Assembly (NCBI GenBank): GCA_052389275.1 | Contig: JBQTID010000073.1 | Coordinates: 3 to 64,002 of the forward strand | Direction of reading: 5' to 3' | Length of the DNA: 64,000 nt | From: Gemmatimonadota bacterium | GTDB taxonomy: Bacteria > Gemmatimonadota > Gemmatimonadetes > Longimicrobiales > RSA9 | In this document: piece by piece, positions 18,846-27,991 of the stretch | Position numbering within the stretch: position 1 is the stretch's first letter | Layout: each line of letters opens with the position of its first letter | Position numbers and translations under genes: made by a program | Notes under the pieces: generated by a model | Database searches by the model: none | Told to the model about the DNA's origin: nothing | What the model saw: only the letters and a program-made list of their open reading frames with translations

Positions 18846-19342
18846 TGGCTGAGGAATTCGACCCTGCGCGCGGCACGACCTACAACTTGCTGTTCGTTTG
18901 CACGGGCAACACCTGTCGCAGTCCCATGGCCGCCGCGATTGCGCGCGCCGAGTTGGAACGGCGCGGCTGGAAGCACGTCTCCGTGCAGTCCGCCGGAGCC
19001 GCGACCAACGCCGGACACCCAGCGTCCGAGCAAACCATCAGTGTCCTGCGCGAACAGGGCATCGAGCTGGGCGATCATACGACGACGCCACTCACCGCCG
19101 AACTCGTGCGCAATGCCGACCTGGTGCTCGTGATGAGCGCGTCGCATCTCTTTTCGGTCAGCGAGCTGGGCGGCGCCGACAAGGCCGCCATGATCACGGA
19201 TTTTCTGGCAGGCGATGAAGTGGGCACGGCTATCGAAGATCCGTTCGGCTCCGCCATTGATGCGTACCGCCGCACGTACGATCAGCTCGAGCGCGCCGTC
19301 AACGGGCTGCTCGCGCGCCTCGAGCCGATTCTCTCACCCTGA
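18842..19342 (+). CDS. low-molecular-weight protein tyrosine/arginine phosphatase
   Basis: 166 aa. CX5R(S) P-loop LLFVCTGNTCRSPMAAA and a downstream DPFG motif. Confidence 0.85.
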   Translation: MMAEEFDPARGTTYNLLFVCTGNTCRSPMAAAIARAELERRGWKHVSVQSAGAATNAGHPASEQTISVLREQGIELGDHTTTPLTAELVRNADLVLVMSASHLFSVSELGGADKAAMITDFLAGDEVGTAIEDPFGSAIDAYRRTYDQLERAVNGLLARLEPILSP

Positions 19343-19347
19343 CGCGC

Positions 19348-20172
19348 GTGCCAATCTCAGCCGCCACGCGAACGTTCGCGCTGCTCGGAGAACCGGTAGA
19401 GCATTCGCGCTCCCCTCAGATCCAGAATGCCGCGATCAAGGCCGCGGGCATCGATGCCGTGTATGTCGCGCTGCGCTGCGGCCAGCATGCTGTGCCGGGA
19501 CTGATCGGCGGCCTCGCCCGCGCCGGTGGTGGCGGTAACGTCACTATCCCGCACAAAGGCGTTGCCGCTGACGTGGTCGACATTGCATCGCAGCGCGTGC
19601 GCGCGACCAGCGCGTGCAACACGTTCTGGTTGCAGCGTGGCAAAGTGCATGGCGAGAATACCGACGTGGCCGGCTTCAGTCGCGCGCGCGCCCTTCTGCT
19701 TCCCGATTTGCACGATGCGCGCGTACTGATCATCGGCTCGGGCGGCGGCGCGCGCTCGGTCCTGTATTCGCTGCTCGATGATGGCGCCGCCGGCGTCACC
19801 GTGCTCGGCCGCAAACGTGCGCGCTCCCAAGAAATCACTGCGGTTGCCGGGCGGCGTGCGCGCCGGGTCGCTTACATCACCAACGAGCGGCTGCTGCGCA
19901 ATGAAGGCTTTGACCTGGTCGTGAACGCAACATCGCTTGGGCTGCGCGCAACCGATCGCTTCCCGCTGCACTTCTCACGGCTGGCCGCTCTGCGCGCGGT
20001 GTTCGATCTCGTCTATCAGCCCGGCGGCACGCGCTGGGTGCAGCAGGCTCGTGCGCTCGGAATTCCGGCCGCGGATGGCGCGGAGATGTTGATTCAGCAG
20101 GCGGCGGCGGCATTTGAAATTTGGTTCGATGTCGAGGCGCCGGTCGCAGTCATGCGTGCTGCGTTTGGGTGA
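19348..20172 (+). CDS. aroE: shikimate dehydrogenase
   Basis: 274 aa. LLGEPVEHSRSPQIQNAA, GGNVTIPHK, NTD, IIGSGGGARSV. Confidence 0.88.
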   Translation: MPISAATRTFALLGEPVEHSRSPQIQNAAIKAAGIDAVYVALRCGQHAVPGLIGGLARAGGGGNVTIPHKGVAADVVDIASQRVRATSACNTFWLQRGKVHGENTDVAGFSRARALLLPDLHDARVLIIGSGGGARSVLYSLLDDGAAGVTVLGRKRARSQEITAVAGRRARRVAYITNERLLRNEGFDLVVNATSLGLRATDRFPLHFSRLAALRAVFDLVYQPGGTRWVQQARALGIPAADGAEMLIQQAAAAFEIWFDVEAPVAVMRAAFG

Positions 20173-20173
20173 A

Positions 20174-20842
20174 CTGCGTGCGGGTGCGGGTGCGAGTGCG
20201 GGTGTTTAGAGCATAAGCGTGTTGACTGCGGTCGCGTTCGTGTTCGGGTGACCGGTGCGCGTGTTTCTGCGTGCGCGTGTCCTGGTGCGTGTGTTCCTGC
20301 GTGCGCGCGCTTGCAAACTAGTGCTACTCGCCGTTCCTGTGCCTTTCTTCTTGTTGTTTGATCATTACCGTCATCATGCCTATGTAGCAGTCCGCCATCT
20401 CATCCGCGCGACGAATCCGGGCGGCGGGAATGCCTTTCTTGTCCACCGCGCGCTGGAGTGCCTTTCGGACCTCACCAATCTCACGCCTCGATATGTCGAA
20501 CGCGCTCGCCTTGACTTTCGGCTTGAACGCGACCAGTCCCTCCGAGAGGTTTAGGCCTCCTGACTCCATTGAACGCTCCAAATGATCGGCGATTTTTTTC
20601 AGGCGAGGCGGAAGGATCTGAAGGATGGCATCAATTTCCTTAGCCAGTTCACGGCAGAGCTGATAAACCCGCATTTGCTCAGGACGCATACGCAACGAAA
20701 GCCCAAAAACCGGCGCAAAAACATGGCAAAAGAGGCCTCTTACGAAGAAACACCCGCACAGGTCACCCGCACCCGAACACGACCGCGGTCAACACGCATG
20801 GGTTCTAAGCACCCGCCCACGCACCCGCACTCACCCCCGCAC
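20174..20842. mobile_element. IVS-like element: roughly 95-bp imperfect inverted repeats (20174-20267 and 20747-20842) enclosing a four-helix-bundle gene
   Basis: Hand alignment of the left arm against the reverse complement of the right arm gives roughly 80% identity (by eye). Example: GTGTTGACTGCGGTCG..TGTTCGGGTG..ACCGGTGCGCGTGTTTC versus GTGTTGACCGCGGTCG..TGTTCGGGTG..ACCTGTGCGGGTGTTTC. The outer ends are GTGCGG-type 6-mer runs. The interior is visibly less GC-rich than the flanks. Confidence 0.65.
20324..20689 (-). CDS. four-helix-bundle protein (23S rRNA intervening-sequence protein family, PF05635-like)
   Basis: ORF 20324..20695(-). Start placed at ATG 20689. MRPEQMRVYQLCRELAKEIDAIL..., ...ADHLERSMESGGLNLSEG..., ...FDISRREIGEVRKALQRAVDKKGI... 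follow the family pattern as I recall it (L.VWQKA..L...IY; QL.RAA.SI..NIAEG; ARGS..E....L..A...GYI). Confidence 0.7.
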   Translation of the reverse strand: MRPEQMRVYQLCRELAKEIDAILQILPPRLKKIADHLERSMESGGLNLSEGLVAFKPKVKASAFDISRREIGEVRKALQRAVDKKGIPAARIRRADEMADCYIGMMTVMIKQQEERHRNGE

Positions 20843-20903
20843 GGGCACAACCGTGACACATCCCGCCATGCCCCCGCGTCCGTCCCGAGCATAATGTTCG
20901 GAG

Positions 20904-21650
20904 ATGCTCGACGCGCTGCTCGATCTCATGCTTCCACCAATTTGTCTCGCCTGCGACCAGCTCATCGCGACCGGCGACTCGAAACGACTCGTCTGCCGGC
21001 GCTGCCGGACCAGGCTGCGCAAGGCGCCGCCGCCGCTGTGCGGTCGTTGCCGCGCACCGCGCCTGATCACCGGCCGCCAAATCGAAAAGCATTGCGAGGA
21101 GTGCAGGGAGTGGCCGCCGGAACTCGAGCGCGCCGACAGCGCGTTTCTAATGCATGCGCCGGCCGATCGCATCGTGCATCAATTGAAGTATAGAGGCTGG
21201 GCCGCACTTGCGGACGTGATGGCACAGCCCATGGCGGACGCGGTGCTGACGAGCGACGTCGCATGGCGGCCGGATGTAATCATGCCGGTACCGACCACCG
21301 GAGCGCGCCAGCGCGAGCGCGGTTACAATCAGGCCGAGCTGATCGCGCGGGGTGTCGCGACCAGGTTGAACTGCGCGTGCGAGCTGCTGCTCGAGCGTAC
21401 GTCGTCGAAAAGCACTCAGACCACCTTGCAGCCCGCTGCGCGCGGGGCTAACGTGGCCGGGGCATTCCGATTGCGTTCCGATGCGCGGGAACGGATGGAC
21501 GCTGCGCACATTCTTATTGTCGACGACGTGCTCACGACCGGCGCGACCGCAATCGAGTGCACGCGAACTTTGATCGAATCAGGCGCGCGCTGCGCATCTG
21601 TGCTCACCTATGCGAGGGCCGTCGATACACGGCGGCTGCTCGCGACTTAG
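20904..21650 (+). CDS. comF: ComF-family protein (phosphoribosyltransferase domain)
   Basis: 248 aa. N-terminal Cys pairs (CLACDQ...CRRCRTRL...CGRC) and PRTase motif ILIVDDVLTTGATA. Confidence 0.8.
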   Translation: MLDALLDLMLPPICLACDQLIATGDSKRLVCRRCRTRLRKAPPPLCGRCRAPRLITGRQIEKHCEECREWPPELERADSAFLMHAPADRIVHQLKYRGWAALADVMAQPMADAVLTSDVAWRPDVIMPVPTTGARQRERGYNQAELIARGVATRLNCACELLLERTSSKSTQTTLQPAARGANVAGAFRLRSDARERMDAAHILIVDDVLTTGATAIECTRTLIESGARCASVLTYARAVDTRRLLAT

Positions 21651-21658
21651 GAACCTGA

Positions 21659-22684
<1,026 letters not shown>

Positions 22685-22687
<3 letters not shown>

Positions 22688-22737
22688 CCATTTAAGTCAT
22701 TGTATCTCAATAGCATGGCTACATCTACTTAAAGTAG
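22685..22737 (+). terminator. two small hairpins in an AT-rich patch just after gap (possible terminator region)
   Basis: TAGCCAT(22685-91)/ATGGCTA(22715-21) and CTACT(22725-29)/AGTAG(22733-37). No clear U-tract, so the call is weak. Confidence 0.25.
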
Positions 22738-22884
22738 TGTATCAATATCGAGAGGATTGACTCGGCGGACCTGGAGGGTTTACCGTAGAAGGAGACACCG
22801 CCTATGCGTGAGCGTCTATGGCACGTATCTGGCGCAATCCCGACACCCGTGGGCTCCCCGCGCGCCCGGGAGGGAGGAGCGAGG

Positions 22885-23088
22885 ATGACGACGATGGAAA
22901 ACGATCTGCAGTACGGCACCTACCGTTGTCCCGTCTGTGGTCATCGAGACGCCACGGAGATCGAAGCGCGCGAGCCGCACCGCGTCATTGAGTGCAGCTA
23001 TTGTGATACGCCGCTCGAGGTATCACCGCGTGGTCGGGACTCCGTTCGTTTTTCCGTTCAGGTAGCGGAGGCGCCGGCGCGGGGTTGA
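22885..23088 (+). CDS. small zinc-ribbon protein (hypothetical)
   Basis: In-frame part of ORF 22804..23088. Start ATG 22885 preceded by GGGAGGGAGGAG RBS. Two CxxC pairs (CPVCGH ... CSYCDT). 67 aa. Confidence 0.5.
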   Translation: MTTMENDLQYGTYRCPVCGHRDATEIEAREPHRVIECSYCDTPLEVSPRGRDSVRFSVQVAEAPARG

Positions 23089-23110
23089 AGCTGCGCGAGA
23101 ACCGAGAACG

Positions 23111-24073
23111 ATGATCGCGTCAGAGAAGAGCGGCCGCGGTGCTGAACAGCATCGTGGCCGTTCGGCTTTTCCAGATAGCGCCGTTGCGGATGCCCAGAAC
23201 CGGTTGCTTGAGCTCGGCGGTGTAAACGCTGAGAGCCGGACACAAGTCGTAGACGCCGTCGCGTTGCACTATCTCGAATCCGGCTCGGGCGAGACGCTGC
23301 TGATGCTGCATGGTGCCGGCGGCGGAGCGGCCAACTGGTATCGCCTGATGGCGCCGCTCTCGCAGCGCTTCCGTGTCGTAGCCGTAGACCTGCCGGGTTT
23401 TGGGCTGTCGGACTCCATCGAGCCTCAGCGTCCGCTCGGACGCCAGATTGCCGGCCTGATTTTCAATTTTCTCAAAAAAATCGACGTCGGGCCGGCGCAC
23501 ATTGTCGGCACTTCGTTCGGAGGGCTGGTCGCGGCGCGGCTGGCCGAGCTATCGAATCCGCGCAGTCTCGTCCTGATCGATGCCGCCGGGCTTTGGCGCG
23601 AAGCATCCTTTCAGCTGAAGACCGCATGCATGCCGATCTTTCAATGGCTTGCACTCAAGCAGACGCGCGCGGGTGCGCGCATCGCGCTCGAACGGATCCT
23701 GATTCGAAAGCGGTTGCCGCAAGAACACGAGCAGGCACTGGTTGATTACATCTACGCATCGGCCGCGCGCACCGATATCAGGAAACTGGGTCGCGCCTAC
23801 GCGCTCTTTGGTGGCTGGCGCGGCCAGTCTGAAGTTCTGAACGCCGTCGAGCTTAAGGCGCTTGCTGATCGCACACTCATTATCTGGGGCGAGCAAGATC
23901 GTTTCTTGCCGGCTCCTCGCTCGCAGCTCGAGCAGGCACTAGCCGCCGGGGTTCAGGTTCATATGATTCCCGGTGTCGGGCATTCACCGAACTGGGAGGC
24001 GCCCGACGAAGTGTTGATGGCGATGAAGGTTTTCTGGGATGGGCTTGGGGATGAACAAAAAGAGCATTCGTGA
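23111..24073 (+). CDS. alpha/beta-fold hydrolase
   Basis: 320 aa. LMLHGAGGG oxyanion region, nucleophile elbow GTSFGG, C-terminal GHSPNWE. Substrate unknown. Confidence 0.8.
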   Translation: MIASEKSGRGAEQHRGRSAFPDSAVADAQNRLLELGGVNAESRTQVVDAVALHYLESGSGETLLMLHGAGGGAANWYRLMAPLSQRFRVVAVDLPGFGLSDSIEPQRPLGRQIAGLIFNFLKKIDVGPAHIVGTSFGGLVAARLAELSNPRSLVLIDAAGLWREASFQLKTACMPIFQWLALKQTRAGARIALERILIRKRLPQEHEQALVDYIYASAARTDIRKLGRAYALFGGWRGQSEVLNAVELKALADRTLIIWGEQDRFLPAPRSQLEQALAAGVQVHMIPGVGHSPNWEAPDEVLMAMKVFWDGLGDEQKEHS

Positions 24074-25262
24074 CCTGCCGGACGCGCTGCTTGCCGGCAA
24101 GCGGGTTCTGGTGCGCGTGGATTATAACGTGCCGCTCGAGAACGGACGCGTCGCAGATGATACGCGCATTCGCGAAACCGTGCCCACCATACAGTATCTG
24201 CTGGACCGCAATGCGTGCGTCATCCTGGTGTCGCACCTGGGGCGGCCGAAGGGGAAGTGGCGTGACGAGCTCTCGCTGAAACCAGCCGCCAATCATCTCG
24301 CCACACTCATTCCAGCACGGATTCACTTCGTGAAGGACATCGTCGGACCGGAGGCGAAGGCGGCCGTGGATGCGGTGCCGGCGGGTGAGATTCTCGTGCT
24401 CGAGAATGTTCGCTTCCTGCCTGGAGAGGAGACCAATGATCCGTTGCTGAGCGAAGCCCTGGGCGCGTTCGGCGATGTGTATGTCAACGACGCATTCGGC
24501 TCCGCTCATCGCGCGCACGCCTCGACCGCCGGGGTTGCGGAAATTGTAAAGAAGGATGGCAAGCCGGCGGTAGCAGGTTTCCTGATGGAGAAAGAGCTGC
24601 GCTTTCTCGGCGAGACGCTCGCGAACCCGGCAAAGCCGTTTGTCGCGATCCTCGGCGGTTCGAAGATCTCGGGCAAAATCGATGTGATAGAGAATCTGCT
24701 GCCACGCGTTGATTTTCTGCTGATCGGTGGCGCAATGGCGAACACGTTCTTTCGTGCGATGGGTCTCGAAACCGGCGGTTCGCTGGTAGAAGACGACCGC
24801 CTGGATATGGCGCGCGAACTAATGGAACGTGCCGGACGCAAGCTCGTGCTGCCGGTGGACGTGGTGGTTGCCGCCGAGGCCAGGGCGGGTGTGCGCAACT
24901 GGATCCTGGATCGCGACAACGTTCCGCCCGAAGCGAAGATCTTCGACATTGGTCCGAAATCGGGGGCTTCGTTTCGCGATGTAATCGACAAGGCGAAGAC
25001 AATTCTTTGGAACGGACCGGTTGGCATGTTCGAGATTCCCGAGTTCGCCCAAGGCACCGACGGCGTTGCGCGGGCGGTAGCTGATGCGACGGAGAACGGC
25101 GCGACGTCAATTGCCGGTGGCGGCGACACGGCCGCCGCGATCGCAGCAGCCGGCGTTGCGGAGCGGATCACACATATATCTACGGGAGGCGGCGCTTCCC
25201 TCGAGTTTCTGGAAGGCAAGACACTTCCAGGCGTTGCGATTCTTGATGACGCAGCCAGCTGA
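24051..25262 (+). CDS. pgk: phosphoglycerate kinase
   Basis: In-frame part of ORF 24039..25262. Start ATG 24051 (MNKKSIRDL..GKRVLVRVDYNVPL). SHLGRPKG, STGGGASLEFLEG. Confidence 0.94.
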   Translation: MNKKSIRDLPDALLAGKRVLVRVDYNVPLENGRVADDTRIRETVPTIQYLLDRNACVILVSHLGRPKGKWRDELSLKPAANHLATLIPARIHFVKDIVGPEAKAAVDAVPAGEILVLENVRFLPGEETNDPLLSEALGAFGDVYVNDAFGSAHRAHASTAGVAEIVKKDGKPAVAGFLMEKELRFLGETLANPAKPFVAILGGSKISGKIDVIENLLPRVDFLLIGGAMANTFFRAMGLETGGSLVEDDRLDMARELMERAGRKLVLPVDVVVAAEARAGVRNWILDRDNVPPEAKIFDIGPKSGASFRDVIDKAKTILWNGPVGMFEIPEFAQGTDGVARAVADATENGATSIAGGGDTAAAIAAAGVAERITHISTGGGASLEFLEGKTLPGVAILDDAAS

Positions 25263-26038
25263 TGGAAACTTCACCGCGCTGGCCGAAGCCCGTGATCGCG
25301 GGCAACTGGAAGATGAACAAGGGGCCGCACGCCGCGCGCGATTTCGTGCGCGAGCTCACTGCGCGTTACGCACCAATGGACGCAGAGACGGTCATTCTGT
25401 TTCCGCCCGCGATCTCCGTTGCGGTTGTGCACGATGCGCTCGGTAGTCGTCGCGACATCCACCTCGGCGTGCAGAACGTTTACTGGGAGAAGGAGGGCGC
25501 GTTCACCGGCGAAACCAGCGCGGCCATGGCGAAGGATGCCGGCGCTGAGTTCGTGCTGATCGGCCATTCCGAGCGCCGGCACATCTTCGGCGAGGCCGAT
25601 GCACAAGTGCAGCGTAAAGTAGCCGCGTCGCTAGAGGCGGGTCTGACGCCGGTGATCTGCGTCGGCGAGCAGCTGGATGAGCGCAAGGCCGGCCGCGTGA
25701 GTGAAGTCATCACGCGCCAGTTACGAGCGGCGATTGCCGGCCTGACGGCGGATCAGGCGTTTGCGTTTCTGATTGCATACGAGCCGGTTTGGGCAATCGG
25801 CACCGGCGTGACGGCGACACCTGCTGATGCCAGTGAGGCGCAGGCCGTGTTGCGAACGCTGTTGAGCAACCAGCTCGGCTCTGATGGCGAGAAGGTGCCG
25901 ATCCTTTATGGCGGATCGGTAAAAGTAGAGAACGCGCGCGAGCTATTGGCGGCGGAGCACGTGGATGGGCTGCTGATCGGTGGCGCGAGCCTCGATGCGG
26001 AGGGTTTTGCTACGATCTGCCGCGAGGCCGCGAGTTGA
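25262..26038 (+). CDS. tpiA: triose-phosphate isomerase
   Basis: 258 aa. AGNWKMN, IGHSERR, YEPVWAIGTG, YGGSV. Confidence 0.93.
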   Translation: METSPRWPKPVIAGNWKMNKGPHAARDFVRELTARYAPMDAETVILFPPAISVAVVHDALGSRRDIHLGVQNVYWEKEGAFTGETSAAMAKDAGAEFVLIGHSERRHIFGEADAQVQRKVAASLEAGLTPVICVGEQLDERKAGRVSEVITRQLRAAIAGLTADQAFAFLIAYEPVWAIGTGVTATPADASEAQAVLRTLLSNQLGSDGEKVPILYGGSVKVENARELLAAEHVDGLLIGGASLDAEGFATICREAAS

Positions 26039-26103
26039 CAGAACGCGCTGTTTTGCGCGAAACTTAAAGGCTGTAAATCCTTATTTCGGAAGAGAATTAG
26101 ACC

Positions 26104-26481
26104 GTGTACCCACTGCTTTTGACATTGCTGCTTCTGGACGGCCTGCTCCTGACGGTCGTGGTGCTTCTGCAATCCGGTAAGGGCGGCGGCCTGGCCTCGA
26201 TGGGTGGCGGCATGGGCACCGATACGCTGATCGGTGGTCGTCAGGCCGCAACGATTCTGACCAAGGCGACATGGATCACCGGCGCGCTGTTCCTGGTGCT
26301 TTCACTGGTGCTCGCGATCCTGTCCAGCCGCTCGCAGCAGCCGAGCTCGATCCTGCGCGAAGAGTTCCGGCCGGCTCCGGCTGCGGCGCCAGCGCCGGTC
26401 CAGCTGCCTGGCACGCAACCAGCCGCGCCGGCAACAACGCCGGGCGCGCAACCGCAGGCTCCGGCTACAACGACGAACTAA
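26104..26481 (+). CDS. secG: preprotein translocase subunit SecG
   Basis: 125 aa, GTG start. LLQSGKGGGL motif, two TM helices, Pro/Ala-rich tail. Classic pgk-tpiA-secG context. Confidence 0.85.
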   Translation: MYPLLLTLLLLDGLLLTVVVLLQSGKGGGLASMGGGMGTDTLIGGRQAATILTKATWITGALFLVLSLVLAILSSRSQQPSSILREEFRPAPAAAPAPVQLPGTQPAAPATTPGAQPQAPATTTN

Positions 26482-26753
26482 TCGCGGTCGCGACCTTCGG
26501 CGCTCAGCTCCGGGTATCCGTGCGCAATGTCGTAAGTCATTTCGTAGGGTCCCCGCTGAGCGGCGCCGCTCGCAATGATCGGTGCGCGTCTTTCCGACGT
26601 CGCGCGCCCCCAAAGAATCCGACCGATTGCAGTCTCGTGTAGCCCATGTTCCGGGCGGAAAAAACGGGGAGAGCTCGATTCTTCCATTTCTGCTCCGTTC
26701 GAGAAAATTCGTAGCGCGTTGACTCTGCAAGATTTGCGCTCCATTTTGCCGCT

Positions 26754-27782
26754 ATGGCGGAGGCAGCCTTGAAGCGCGACGAATTGCACGAGATCTACTA
26801 CTACCTGCAGCTGACCAGGCAGGTGGAGCAGGTCCTCGTAAATCTTTATCGACAAAACAAAGTCATTGGCGGTCTCTACCGCTCGCTAGGCCAGGAAGCA
26901 ACCGCGGTGGGCAGCGCGTATGCGCTTCGCCGGCGCACTGACGGTACCGGCGACATTCTTTCCCCAGCCATTCGCAATCTCGGCTCGCTATTCGTGATGG
27001 GCGCCAATCCCGCCGATGTCATGAAGCAATACATGGCGAAAGGCGATTCGCCGACGCGCGGTCGCGAGCAGAACGTCCATTTCTGCGATTACGACAAGGG
27101 TTTTGTCGGTCTGATCTCACACCTCGGCATCATGGTCGAGATCATGTCGGGTGTAGCCCTCACCTTCAAGCTGCGCAACGAGCCGCGCGTCGCACTGACT
27201 TATCTCGGCGACGGCGCTTCTTCGACCGGCGCGTTCCACGAAGGCTTCAATTTCGCCGCCGTTCAGAAAGCTCCGTTCGTCGTCATCATCGAAAACAATT
27301 GCTATGCGTATTCAACGCCGGTCTCGAGGCAGACTGCGTGCGGCTCATTCGTCGAGAAGGCGGCAGGCTATGGCGTGCATGGTGAGCAATGCGATGGCAA
27401 CGATGTCCTGGCCGTCTATGAGATGACGAAGCGCGCCGTCGAACACGCCCGTTCCGGCGCGGGCGCAGCGCTGCTCGAGGTGATGACATACAGGCGGATG
27501 GGACACGCCGAGCACGATGCACAGCAGTACGTGCCGCCCGGCGAGCGTGAAGAGTGGGAGAAGAAGGATCCGCTCGCGCGCTACGAGAAACGACTGATCG
27601 ACGAGAAGCACGCGACTCACGAAGAACTCGCGTCCATATCAGCGCGTGTCGCCGAAGAAGTCGATCGCGCACGTGCACAAGCCGAAGCTGCAGAGATGCC
27701 GGAACCCGAATGGGCTTTGGGCGGCGTCTACAGCGATTTGGAGACCGAGATACCTTGGACAAGAAGGGCCGCGAGTACGTGA
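26754..27782 (+). CDS. 2-oxoacid (pyruvate/branched-chain) dehydrogenase E1 component, alpha subunit (TPP-binding)
   Basis: 342 aa. YLGDGASSTGAFHEGFNFAAV...VIIENNCYAYSTP, YRRMGHAEHD. PDH versus BCKDH specificity not resolvable by eye. Confidence 0.88.
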   Translation: MAEAALKRDELHEIYYYLQLTRQVEQVLVNLYRQNKVIGGLYRSLGQEATAVGSAYALRRRTDGTGDILSPAIRNLGSLFVMGANPADVMKQYMAKGDSPTRGREQNVHFCDYDKGFVGLISHLGIMVEIMSGVALTFKLRNEPRVALTYLGDGASSTGAFHEGFNFAAVQKAPFVVIIENNCYAYSTPVSRQTACGSFVEKAAGYGVHGEQCDGNDVLAVYEMTKRAVEHARSGAGAALLEVMTYRRMGHAEHDAQQYVPPGEREEWEKKDPLARYEKRLIDEKHATHEELASISARVAEEVDRARAQAEAAEMPEPEWALGGVYSDLETEIPWTRRAAST

Positions 27783-27799
27783 CCGCAAGTCAGGCACTT

Positions 27800-27954
27800 C
27801 TGCTGTTTTCAACGCAGAGGAGGCCGTAGGCCGAACATGCAGCCATGGCCCGTACGCATCGAAACGCGAAAGTTAATGAACCTTGTAATTGTTTAGCCAC
27901 ACTTTGAGGCACTGCTGGCCGTTGGGCCTGCGGCCTCCTCTGCGTTGAAAACAG
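27800..27954. mobile_element. MITE/REP-like hairpin element, copy 2, inserted between the E1alpha and E1beta genes
   Basis: Termini CTGCTGTTTTCAACGCAGAGGAGGCCG... / ...CGGCCTCCTCTGCGTTGAAAACAG. Stem extends with copy-specific complementary bases (GCCGTAGGCCGAAC / GTTGGGCCTGCGGC). AT-rich centre GAAAGTTAATGAACCTTGTAATTGTTTAG. Confidence 0.7.
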
Positions 27955-27991
27955 CGAATGTGTTTAACCAGCAGAAGAGTACTCGACATCC

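Noticed and set aside
20255-21193. Plus-strand ORFs 20255-20554 and 20582-21193 crossing the IVS-like element
   Set aside because: They run through the inverted repeats and antisense to the four-helix-bundle gene. The translations (VFLRARV repeats, Pro/Arg/His-rich) have no protein-like features. 20582-21193 also overlaps comF out of frame.
26482-26753. 270-bp spacer between secG and E1alpha examined for a tRNA or ncRNA (secG is often followed by tRNA-Leu)
   Set aside because: I could find no cloverleaf, no recognisable riboswitch or sRNA motif, and no strong hairpin. It is left unannotated.
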